Positions 29,901-40,200 of a DNA stretch of 64,000 nucleotides are shown here, piece by piece. Position numbers and translations under genes: made by a program. How positions within the stretch are numbered: position 1 is the first letter of the stretch; the number at the start of each line of letters is the position of its first letter. Under the pieces are notes generated by a model. That model saw only the letters and a list, made by a program, of their open reading frames with translations, had not been told where the DNA came from and ran no database searches. Source of the DNA: Macrostomum lignano (taxonomy: Eukaryota); contig NIVC01001863.1 of assembly GCA_002269645.1 (NCBI GenBank), positions 124,001 through 188,000 of the forward strand, written 5' to 3'.

Positions 29901-30451
29901 CTGACCCATCCGCAGGCAGTGAGCAATATGACGGATACACGAGCCGCTGCTCAGAGCAAGACTCCAGCATTCGAGGCTGTGTTGAGGAGTCGCGATTTCA
30001 GGAATCCCCCGTCCCAGCGTCGTCTGCCACTTCCAACGCTTCCAGCGGGCAGCGCTTCCAGTTCAAAAGCCTCTCGTCGGCTCGTCGCAATCAGACAGCG
30101 GCTGCGCCGGAATCAAATCACCTGCCGCCGCTGTTGCCGAGTCCGCTGAGTCCTCCTCTGAGGTCTCCGTCGCCCGGGCCTCCGCCGAGTCCGCTGCCAC
30201 GGTCGCCTTCACCGCCGCCACCACCGCCGGTGCCAGCCGTCTCCAGCATCAGCGACTGGTCTCTGCAGGTGGAGCGAGCCCTGCTAACGTCGGGCGTGTT
30301 CCCCGTTGTTGCCAGCGACTTCGAGGTCGCCGCCCCCGCTCTGGACGGTGACAGCCTCGTGGAAGGCCAGAGCGACCTGCCCTGCGATTTTGCCGGGCTG
30401 TGGGACATGGCTGCTGATGAGGATGATGAAGAACCGATTCTGGAAGAGTAG
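14691..30451 (+). CDS. HFM1: HFM1/MER3 meiotic Ski2-like DExH helicase, at least 1621 aa, 5' end unresolved. Exons: 14691-14750, 14928-15063, 15577-15731, 16173-16253, 16878-17018, 18153-18202, 18273-18426, 21435-21576, 22179-22280, 23640-23785, 24254-24301, 24397-24443, 25798-25931, 26665-27245, 27481-28099, 28182-30451
   Basis: Motifs in order across phase-consistent GT-AG introns: FNEFNSMQ, SAPTGSGKT (Walker A), SPLKALC, TTPEKWDSLTRRW, DE|VH, SAT, RPVPL, FKFDMNL, FCISRK, GVAFHHAGL, TSTLAMGVNLPAHLVIIKGT, QMIGRAGRPQFD, IESSLH, LNAEI, then Sec63-like LWEN...RQLPGIG. FKFDxxL and the Sec63 region favour HFM1 over Brr2/ASCC3. The 26665 exon needs an AAG acceptor; the stronger CAG at 26672 is out of frame. 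Confidence 0.92.
15150..15450. repeat. About 35-bp minisatellite (CCCTCAGACAGGACCTCCTCCAACATCCTGCCAGA) in an HFM1 intron
   Basis: Read directly. Confidence 0.85.
15845..16070. repeat. Composite GGGAGAGTGACATTGGG minisatellite in an HFM1 intron
   Basis: Read directly. Confidence 0.8.
16350..16840. repeat. 21-bp minisatellite (CAGATTCCAATGTAAGCCTAT)n in an HFM1 intron
   Basis: Read directly. Confidence 0.9.
17085..18035. repeat. 19-bp minisatellite (TCCCCAACCTGTTCCCAAA)n in an HFM1 intron
   Basis: Read directly; 19-aa periodic antisense ORFs. Confidence 0.95.
18421..19575 (+). repeat. 19-bp minisatellite (CTGATTGTGAGTGACTCCC)n whose first unit spans an HFM1 exon/intron boundary
   Basis: Exon ends CTG ATT|GTGAGT at 18426; the same junction sequence repeats roughly 60 times. 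Confidence 0.95.
19942..20715 (+). CDS. Acidic low-complexity protein of unknown function, nested in HFM1 intron 18427-21434; start unresolved
   Basis: 257 open codons with the GC3-rich codon usage of neighbouring genes; not repeat-derived; ends KNVEFYRLPDI*. The first in-frame ATG is far inside, so an upstream exon is likely. Confidence 0.6.
   Translation: MPSTKSVSSHPAEIFCLNCRIKFDKLEQRQQQKQKCSRSRGGSRREAAGDDEEPLASDKFLLQRAGKYQLVEEDEDSIEDLDSDDCEADCDGDCEADCEGDDEFVGDDGAGGGGGDGSGAFADSEIMDLCPILDQQEIAEVAKMLDLPSEEVEFPPERDDSEAEGDVETEVGAAAGATGSSASQAAKPLRRLKKKFAARRWRRRAAGVAWEAGDEESEGGAADEAEEEDEDEDKGSAESLYSCRPDKNVEFYRLPDI
21036..21235 (+). mobile_element. tRNA-derived SINE, family 2
   Basis: Head GGCTGTAGCCTAGTAGTCTAGCGCGGCGCTCTGAT; body blocks GCTGAATTGGAATCTCGGCTTGGCTC and CATGCCTAACGATAAATAAAGTTAGGGCTGCTGT align with the minus-strand copy at 55241-55427. 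Confidence 0.65.
21590..22105. repeat. 21-bp minisatellite (TAGCCGGGGTAGAGATTCCCC)n in an HFM1 intron
   Basis: Read directly. Confidence 0.95.
22317..23552. repeat. 21-bp minisatellite (AGAATGAGAAACTGACAGGGC)n in an HFM1 intron
   Basis: Read directly; the 432-468-aa ORFs here are artefacts. Confidence 0.97.
23815..24190. repeat. 34-bp minisatellite (AGCTAGCGGTTCACCTGAAGCGCATTGAAAGGGC)n in an HFM1 intron
   Basis: Read directly. Confidence 0.93.
24500..25745. repeat. 33-bp highly homogeneous minisatellite (CTCAGCATTCCCCATTGAGCTGAGCACAGGCAT)n in an HFM1 intron
   Basis: Read directly; almost no variant units. Confidence 0.98.
25995..26635. repeat. 24-bp minisatellite (AACCGCTCCTGAACCCACAGACTG)n in an HFM1 intron
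   Basis: Read directly. Confidence 0.96.
28600..29620 (+). repeat. Coding 39-bp (13-aa) repeats in the HFM1 last exon: SGQPQGFNGQANL block (about 28600-29070) and SGQSQSFNPQANL block (about 29350-29620)
   Basis: In frame within ORF 28298..30451. Confidence 0.9.
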
Positions 30452-32449
30452 AGTTACAGGCCTTACTAGTAAACTTTTTTAGTTAGTTTTGCTTTGAAAA
30501 CAGCAGTAATGCAATTTCGCATGAAGAAAATTTTTTTTGCTCATTTTTCGTTGGTAGGCCATTTTTTGGCCAGCTGTTGCGTTGCTTTTGTTTTTTTTGC
30601 CTACACTTTTTGCAGCTATTTGTTTGAGAAGTTTTGTTCTTTTTTAGTTGTGTTGCATACACACAACCATCCAGGTCTACAGCTTCATCAGTCAGTATAT
30701 TATATTTTATAGTATGGTTCATTCCCTTTTTCGAACAGACAAATACAAGTTGCCAGACAGATGCGCATTTTGATGTCTTGATTGGCTTTGGTGTCTCCGT
30801 TTTCCCATATTGAAAACTGATTCACCACACTGCGTATTTTGTGTTTCTTCGCCATTTCTCTTTTGCTTCAACATCAAGTACAGGCGTGATATTATTTTTC
30901 ATTTGCGCTTTTGTCTGAGCTAGAATCATCTATGCATTAGCAAAACAACTAACATGCGAGCTACATGTGGGTACCGTCTGCCGATAGGAATTGCTTGCAC
31001 ACAGAGATCAGCTGCACTTCAATTCTCACTTCCATTTGCAGTAACTACTACATGTGTTGTACTTACAAGTACAATTATAAAATCGAAACAGGCCAGTATG
31101 GAAATAAAAGAATCCCTAACTCACAAATTAAGAAGCGATCAGCATGCACGCATATAGCTAAAGGAGGTAAACACAGCCTCTCTAACCCCCCCCCCCCCTA
31201 ATGACCTAGCTCATTGACGTTGCTCCTACACTATAACAGATGATCATATATTTGAAGTATAAAAAATCTATAGAATTATGCTAGAGCTCTAGTAAACTAA
31301 CAATAACCGCAATCCAAACCGTATCTAATGTATAAAATGTACATGTAAATATCATAGAATTAATATGTTCCCGTAAGGCACGAAAGGCTAGAACTAGTTA
31401 AATAAATTTGTTAGACGATATAATTGCAGTATGCAATTAGTATTGCTGATTAAATAAGTAGTCATTGACATGAGCATGTATACACGATGGTCTTATGCAC
31501 ATGCATGCATTACTGTCTGTTCTACACGTTATAGTGTTGTATAAATTTTACCGGGTGCTGTGTACATATACCAGGTGGTAAAATAGGTCATGTACGGCAA
31601 AATCAGCTTGGACTGGACAAAATTCATAGGGTACCGTCTCATATGTCGCACTGTTGCAAGTTTCAGGGAACGATTTGAATTAATGAACTTCCTTGGACCT
31701 TTTCATATTGCTTGCTCGTTCTGGTTCTAGAGCCAGATCCAATTTGTAAAGTATAACTTTTGTCTCCTAAACTAGAGAGAGATATGTGCTATAAAGTTGC
31801 AATTATTGAATGGGAATAGCCATGAAGAAAGTAAAAAAAATTGTGCAAAGTAAGGCTGTTAAGGCAGTCAAACATTCAACCAAGTTAAGTAGCTACACTA
31901 CTGTTTTTTTCTTGGAAGATCCGAACCGATTCTGGTTCTGAAATCGGTAATATGAAAAGCCTACTTGTTGTTCAGCCTTTGTTTAGCAATGAGTTATAAG
32001 AAAAAAGAAACATTTTTTGACGCTCGATTCATTGTTTAGTTTTAGATTCTGTATACATCTTAGACAGCAAAACTTGAAACGAAGAAGCTCTTTGGTACTA
32101 ATCTCGTTAATACAATCGTAAAAAATACAAATGAAGTTCAGTTCTTCGATTTTCTTAGAAAGTGAAACAAAAATGGTTTGTTTGCTTCGATCGTACACCA
32201 TAGTGCCTCCCTACATGAGCCTCTGATTCTGTGGATCAACAATTCTGAATGAACAGTGGATGCATGAGTTGAAAATCTGCGTTTTAATTCGTTGCCAGAC
32301 TATAACTTCTTTTACTATTATATGTGTCAAATACAATACCAAGACAAGAGGCAAGAGCTGCTGAGCGTCTGAGGGAGGCTAGGCTTATTCATGGCCAATG
32401 AATCAATCATGGCCTTCATGGGCCTACTATACAAATATAAAGATGTGCT

Positions 32450-35400
32450 GCTTTATGTGCTACCTAGGTTTTATACTATCTTTTTGACTACTCTATAGTC
32501 AACTCTATTTGACTACTCTTTTTGACTATTAATAGTAGGTAGTACTAACTAATAATGCCAGGTCATTACCATTTTATATGCAATATTTCTATTAGTATTA
32601 GAAACAAACTTATTTAGCCTACTAAATAAGACAATTCTAATAGTTTAAAACTCCAAGAAATGAACTTAGATCCTAGTTTTGGTTAGTTTAGGAGTTGAAA
32701 CCATATAAATATACCCTATAACTAGACAATGTAGCTAGCCCTCTAAAATAAAGAATTTTTTTATTTAATTATATTTAGATTTAAATAATTTAATTATTAA
32801 ATAATTTAATTTAAATTAAAATTTATAGCCGACGCCACCCACCCCCAAATTAAAATAAATTAAAATTTATTTTAAAATTTAAAATAATTTTAAATAATTA
32901 AATAATTAATTAATTTAAAATAATTAAATAATTAATTAATTTAAAATAATTAAATAATTTAATTATATTTACTTTTAAATAATATTATGCAAATGATACA
33001 AGCAAAATAATTATGCCAAAATTCTTTATGGTTAACACATTTTCATTTTTAAAATTATTATTTAATCTTTTGTTCTAGTTTAGAATTTTGGTTTGTATTT
33101 TAATTTTAATTATTAGATTGCCACTAAAATAAGCAAACTTGCAATGCAAATACAATATTTCTATTTTTGGAAAGCCATGTTTTTTTTAATATTTCATTCA
33201 TATATAATGTTTAAATAATCTTACATATTTATAGTCATTATTATTAGATTACATTAAGGATCAACTGTGACATGGTCACATAAAAACTGTGATCACAAGA
33301 AAAAATCATTCACAGTATTTTGCCAATCATAACTCATGAATTTCTTGAATTAAATCTTACTTTTTTAAGTCATAGAATACCAAAAACCAAACCAAACCAA
33401 AATTGTAACAAATCAATGCAGATATAATAAAGCCACGAAATAAAATACTATCAAACAAAAACATAAAAAACAAAGCTTAAAAATATATATTAGACTTAGT
33501 AGTATTAATACTAATAGTTCTGTTTTTAAATTAAAATCTGTTATAAAAATTTCACAATCATGCATGGTTTCACATATAGTCTAGTTCCAATCACAGACAA
33601 AAAAAATCATAGTCAATAAATCCCTAGATTACATTTTAAAGGTATTGTAGCTTTGAAATCAATTTAATTTTGGGTCTATTATTTCAAAATTACAAAATAT
33701 AAGTATATAATTGTTTAATAAAATTTTAAAATGACACAAGGCCTAAAAATAAGGTATGATATTGATAATAAGCAAATAGTTTTTCTCAATTTAATTTGAT
33801 TAGACTGACATTAGACAACATATTGATATGAATATGTTTATAAATTTTCATATAGATATCATCATAGTATAGATACTATTAAACCTTGAATGGCACTTAT
33901 GGTCGTAACAACAGGATTTTTGACATATAGAAACTAAAAGGTAAAAGTCTTATAACATTTTTCATTATTGATATTTTGCAATAATTTTTTTTAAATTTGA
34001 CTAAGAACATCTTTAGAAGTCATACTCTTTTATTAGAATATATAAACTCAAAAAAGCAACAAAGATACAAAAGAAAAGGCAGCCTTATGGTTGTAACATT
34101 ATGTTCATAACATTTTTTTCTGTCAATTCAGTAACTTATTTATTTTTAAATATAAACTATTATATTTAATTGGTTGGTTGCTAATGTTTTTATCTGATGA
34201 TGCAAGTACTATAATTATATATATAGTTTGTTTTAACCTTCTAAAGCTTTCTATTTGTTTTAAAAGGTAAATAAACTTAATGATGTCTTTTGCTTAGAAA
34301 ATGTCCAATTTTTTTACAAAAATAACTTTTTGCCAATTGATAACATACTAATCCAACATTTTATCATTTATTTATTGTTAGATTGTATACATTACATACA
34401 AAAAAGATTTGGTAAAAAAATTGGCTGATAAGGCAATGACAAGCAAAAATATTGACTTTTTTCTATTTTCCAAATATGTCTATCTTATATGAAATGGGCC
34501 ATAAATGTTTTTTTCAAGCTAAACTAATAATTTCTCTTAATTCTAAGTATCAAGATAATACATTTATTTGTGACTAAAAAGATAAAAAGTGCTATCTAAA
34601 AGACTAAAAGGATAAAGAATACTACTTAAAAGACCAAGAAGATATAACCTGCTACCTAAAGGACTATAATGATAAAAAAATCATTTGAAAAATTAAGATA
34701 TATCCCTAACACTATTTATTTAATATGCAAATTGAACTTTTTGAACTTTTGATATATAAAGAGCCTGTCAATTTAAATTAGTGTTCCGCCATAAGGAGGG
34801 TCCATGTACTGTAACCGTAAGCAAAACTATGGCTTACTCCAATTCTCCGTATTCCTTAGCCATATGGACCCCAAAATTACCATATTCCCGTAGTTCCTGT
34901 CACTGTAGCCATAGTTTTAAAAAAAAGTCTAAAAAACAAAATATTTTGAATCAAGAAGATAACCTAGTGCTTAAACAACTGCAAATTAAATATTAAAATA
35001 AAAGAAACACTTAATTGTATTTGTAAGATTATATTTCATCTTTTTTTCAGAGCAACAATACTTAATTGTTATTGAAAGTACTAATGCTAAAATTTTTCAC
35101 ATTAATAAAAATTAGAGTTTGCTAGTGTTTTATTGTACTTTTTTAAGTATATTTTATAAGTTTCTAGGTTGATAATATAGTTTACTAAAAGTATCTTTGT
35201 TTTACTCTACCTGTTTCTAATATTTTTTCAATTTTTAACATGAATAACTACCGCTACGGGAATCTACAGAATGTGATAGCAACTACCATATTTCCATAGT
35301 CATAGCCGTAAGAGCAGCTAGCTACCGTCGTAGGTATATCCGTAGCTGCTATAGGCACCTATTTTACCATATTTGCCATAGGATCCTGTAGCCGTAGCTA

Positions 35401-35520
35401 TGGCTACAGCGGAATACTATTAAATCAATTTATTTATAAAATGGAGCCTAAGTAATCTACTATGTATACAAACGATATATCATTCTGTTTGCAGTAGATT
35501 TGGCAGTGACAAAAGTTGAA
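32450..35520. other. Extremely AT-rich island between HFM1 and DOCK
   Basis: For example 32761-32820 contains a single G and no C in 60 nt; no long ORF. Confidence 0.8.
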
Positions 35521-35689
35521 CTTGGGATATAGGAGAACAAGCAAGGGGATAATTGAGAATATTATGTCAACTTAAGCTCATAAAGTTGAGTCCTAGCCTT
35601 ATTATCTCTTTGTTTATTCTCCCCTATCCCATTTCCAACTTCGTCACTTTGCCAAACCTAGCTTCTTGGTGTCACTATGAACAGAATGC

Positions 35690-35828
35690 TCATTTTGGCA
35701 TTGCAAGTACTCATTTTGGTGACGCAAACCTTATTTTAGTGCCACAGGCACTCATTTTGGCGCCATAGGTACTCATTTTGGCGTTGCAGGCATTCCTTTT
35801 GGTGCCACAGGCACTCATTTTGGTGCCC
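35690..35828. repeat. Degenerate 21-bp repeat (CTCATTTTGGTGCCACAGGCA)n
   Basis: Read directly. Confidence 0.75.
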
Positions 35829-35929
35829 TGAAGAAAAATTATTGATTACCACAACAGGTCACAAGGTGGGGGTGGGAGGACAAAGCATTGGCATGTCCCG
35901 TCCCCCCCAACCAATTTATACTTTACTGG

Positions 35930-36572
35930 TATATGCACAACTGTCAATTGTATGACCAGTTTATATGCACAACTGTCAATTGTATGACCAGTTTATATGC
36001 ACAACTGTCAATAGTATGACCAGTTTATAGGCACAACTGTCAATAGTATGACCAGTTTATATGCACAACTGTCAATAGTATGACCAGTTTATAGGCACAA
36101 CTGTCAATTGTATGACCAGTTTATATGCACAACTGTCAATAGTATGACCAGTTTATAGGCACAACTGTCAATAGTATGACCAGTTTATAGGCACAACTGT
36201 CAATAGTATGACCAGTTTATATGCACAACTGTCAATAGTATGACCAGTTTATATGCACAACTGTCAATAGTATGACCAGTTTATATGCACAACTGTCAAT
36301 AGTATGACCAGTTTATATGCACAACTGGCAGTAGTATGACCAGTTTATATGCACAACTGTCAATAATATGACCAGTTTATATGCACAACTGTCAATAGTA
36401 TGACCAGTTTATATGCACAACTGTCAGTAGTATGACCAGTTTATATACACAACTGTCAATAGTATGACCAGTTTATAGGCACAACTGTCAATAGTATGAC
36501 CAGTTTATATGCACAACTGTCAATAGTATGACCAGTTTATATGCACAACTGTCAATAGTATGACCAGTTTAT
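35930..36572. repeat. 32-bp minisatellite (ATGCACAACTGTCAATAGTATGACCAGTTTAT)n, about 20 copies
   Basis: Read directly; each unit has an imperfect inverted repeat AACTGTCA...TGACCAGTT. Confidence 0.95.
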
Positions 36573-37260
36573 CTACCAATACTGGAGTCGGCAGTCCCAA
36601 GAATCATCGATCAGACCAATGCAAGCCACATTTGCATAATCAAAACAAAGCTAAATGTTTGGCCAGTGGTTCAGTCAATTTAAATTGGCAGGCCTCCAAT
36701 TCATTTCTTCCTTGATACTGCGAATTGTCTTATTAATTTCGAATTTAATGTCATTTCAAGCCGGCGCTGCACAAACTCAGCCCCAGAGGGCTAGCAAAGT
36801 TCTGCATAGGGCACAGAAATTGCGCTAACTGTGAAATTTGAGTGAAAGAGCTGAAGGGGTAGAGAAGAATGCCGCACTGTCCGTGTTTGTAATGTACATT
36901 GGCTGAGTGTACAGCCTGCATCTCTGACCCAACCCCCAATGCTATCTCCCCGCGCTGGCCACTGGCCCGCCGCCACAGCCACAGACAGACGGCAAAGCAG
37001 CGCGCAGGGGGGGGGGTTAAGAGGGAATTTCAAGATAGAAAAAAGCAACTTGCCGAGCAAATTTGCGAATTTCCAGCCTCGGCTGGGCCCGGCAGTAGAA
37101 GCAGCAGCAGCAAGTGAACACCTTTGGCTTCCTGTCTAAGCCGCTTGAATTGGATTCTTGGCCCCTGCGGCGTGCATAATTGGCTTCCGGCTTGCCAGGT
37201 TTAGCAGTGCAGGGCTAATTATAATACTCGGTTTGGTTAAATAAGCCGGCCAGCCCCACC

Positions 37261-40200
37261 ATGTCCATGCCGTGGATTGGCCTCGACGGCGCTGACTCCG
37301 GCCGGCCTGTTGCTGTCGCCCTCTACAACTATTGCCCCCAGGAGCAGCAGCAGCAGCACCTCCGGCTTGTGGTTGGCGACAAGCTCGCCCTGGTCAGCCA
37401 GTACACCAACTGGTACTACGGCCACCTGTGGAGCGATTCCTCTAAGAAAGGAGTTTTCCCCAAGAGCCACGTTCGTCTCCTTGAGGCCGCCGAGCCGCAC
37501 CAGCGCCGTTTCCAGAGTCCGGCGGCAGCGGGCGTCATCTCAGAGATCCAGCGGACCCTCCCCAACTGGCTGAACTGCATCAGCCGCCAATTTGAGGACC
37601 TCCGCCGGCCGCTGCCGGACCTCGGCCAGGCCGCTGAGCTGTTCCGCGAGTTGCGCGAGATGGCGCAGCACCTGGAGTCTGTGCGCCTCACCGCGGCCGA
37701 GGCCACCCAGCAGGCGGCCGTGGCCACCAGGAAGCTGGACTCCGGCAACCAGGCCTACGGATTCGACACCGTCATGCGCAACTCGCGCTTCGAAGAGGTC
37801 GCCAATCCATTCGAATTCTCCTTTGTCGGCGCCTTTAAACACATGGACGAGACGGCCAAGACCGTAATGATCACCCCGGCTCCCGACGCCCGCCTCACCG
37901 TCGGCGACCTCGGCTTCCAGGCCACCCCGGTCCGCTTCGAGTCCGCCTGCCCGGAGACCCTGGAGATCACCCTCACCCTGCGCGCCTCCTACAACCGCAC
38001 CCTGAAGCCCTCCGCCTGGGAGCCCGTCGCCTTTGTCTCGGAGGCCGCCGCCCGCTCCTCCGGTTGTCGAACATCCGCATCGGCGCTGTTCGGCGAGGTG
38101 CTCCGTCTGGATGGCAGCGACTTCGTGCTGGTGGCCCAGGTGGGTCGCTTGGCGCTTAATTGAAGTTTTTGTACCGCGTTTGTGGCCCCAGCATCCAGAG
38201 CCCAACATCCACAGCATCATAGAGTCCCCAGCATCACAGAGCCCAAAATTCACAGCATCACAGAGCCCCCAGCATCACAGAGTCCCCAGCATCACAGAGT
38301 CCCCAGCATCACAGAGCCCCCTGCATCACAGAGTCCCCTGCATCACAGAGTCCCCTGCATCACTGAGCCCCTTGCATCACAGAGTCCCCTGCATCACAGA
38401 GTCCCCTGCATCACAGAGTCCCCTGCATCACTGAGCCCCTTGCATCACAGAGTCCCCTGCATCACTGAGCCCCTTGCATCACAGAGTCCCCTGCATCACT
38501 GAGCCCCTTGCATCACAGAGTCCCCTGCATCACAGAGTCCCCTGCATCACAGAGTCCCCAGTATCACAAAGCACTCCAAAAGTTTTTCTAAACCACCCGG
38601 TAGATTTGCCGCCACGGCAAGCTGGACCCGCCGAAGATTACACGGCCCCTCATCGGTGGCATCATAGGCAGCGGACGCGGCGGCGGCAGTGGGCACGCCG
38701 GCGGTCCAGCGGGCAGCGGCTTATTTCGCAGGCCTTTCGCCGTGGCCACATTCGACCTGAGCCAGGTGCCGGACAGCACCGGGGAGCCGGTGACGCTCAC
38801 CTCCAACCTGGTGCCCATCACCGACACTAAGGACGAGCGGCTGACGCTCGATGAACTGACGGCAAAGCGGAGCGACGAGCGGAACGGCTGTCTGGCGCTG
38901 CGCGTTCAGCGGGTGGCCTTTCGAGCCGCCACCGCTGCTGCAGCCGTGTCCGCTGACTCGGCCGATGCGCCGCCAAGCCTGGTGGTTGCCAGGCGGCTCG
39001 AACTCGGCTCCGGGCCGCGGGTGGCCGAGCAGCGCAGGAATTTGGCCTACCTGCGACTTGCCACCGCCGAACTCGAGCGGTCCAGCAACAAGCACTCGGA
39101 GCCCAATGTGGAGGTGAGCCGGGTTCGCTACTGCTTGATATGGGACTGTTTGCGGTAGGCACAGCGGTAGCCTCACTCAGCAGATTCCCTATTGCGGTAG
39201 GCACAGCGGTAGCCTCACTCAGCAGATTCCCTATTGCGGTAGGCACAGCGGTAGCCTCACTCAGCAGATTCCCTATTGCGGTAGGCACAGCGGTAGCCTC
39301 ACTCAGCAGATTCCCTATTGCGGTAGGCACAGCGGTAGCCTCACTCAGCAGATTCCCTATTGCGGTAGGCACAGCGGTAGCCTCACTCAGCAGTTTCCCT
39401 ATTGCGGTAGGCACAGCGGTAGCCTCACTCAGCAGATTCCCTATTGCGGTAGGCACAGCGGTAGCCTCACTCAGCAGATTCCCTATTGCGGTAGGCACAG
39501 CGGTAGCCTCACTCAGCAGATTCCCTATTGCGGTAGGCACAGCGGTAGCCTCACTCAGCAGATTCCCTATTGCGGTAGGCACAGCGGTAGCCTCACTCAG
39601 CAGTTTCCCTATTGCGGTAGGCACAGCGGTAGCCTCACTCAGCAGTTTCCCTATTGCGGTAGGCACAGCGGTAGCCTCACTCAGCAGTTTCCCTATTGCG
39701 GTAGGCACAGCGGTAGCCTCACTCAGCAGATTCCCTATTGCGGTAGGCACAGCGGTAGCCTCACTCAGCAGATTCCCTATTGCGGTAGGCACAGCGGTAG
39801 CCTCACTCAGCAGATTCCCTATTGCGGTAGGCACAGCGGTAGCCTCACTCAGCAGATTCCCTATTGCGGTAGGCACAGCGGTAGCCTCACTCAGCAGATT
39901 CCCTATTGCGGTAGGCACAGCGGTAGCCTCACTCAGCAGTTTCCCTATTGCGGTAGGCACAGCGGTAGCCTCACTCAGCAGTTTCCCTATTGCGGTAGGC
40001 ACAGCGGTAGCCTCACTCAGCAGATTCCCTATTGCGGTAGGCACAGCGGTAGCCTCACTCAGCAGATTCCCTATTGCGGTAGGCACAGCGGTAGCCTCAC
40101 TCAGCAGTTTCCCTATTGCGGTAGGCACAGCGGTAGCCTCACTCAGCAGTTTCCCTATTGCGGTAGGCACAGCGGTAGCCTCACTCAGCAGTTTCCCTAT

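Noticed and set aside
31560-32201. Protein-like minus-strand fragments downstream of HFM1
   Set aside because: Interrupted by stops, no consistent splice model and no recognisable family
32450-35520. Mitochondrial insertion as the source of the AT island
   Set aside because: No recognisable mitochondrial protein, rRNA or tRNA motifs were found by eye
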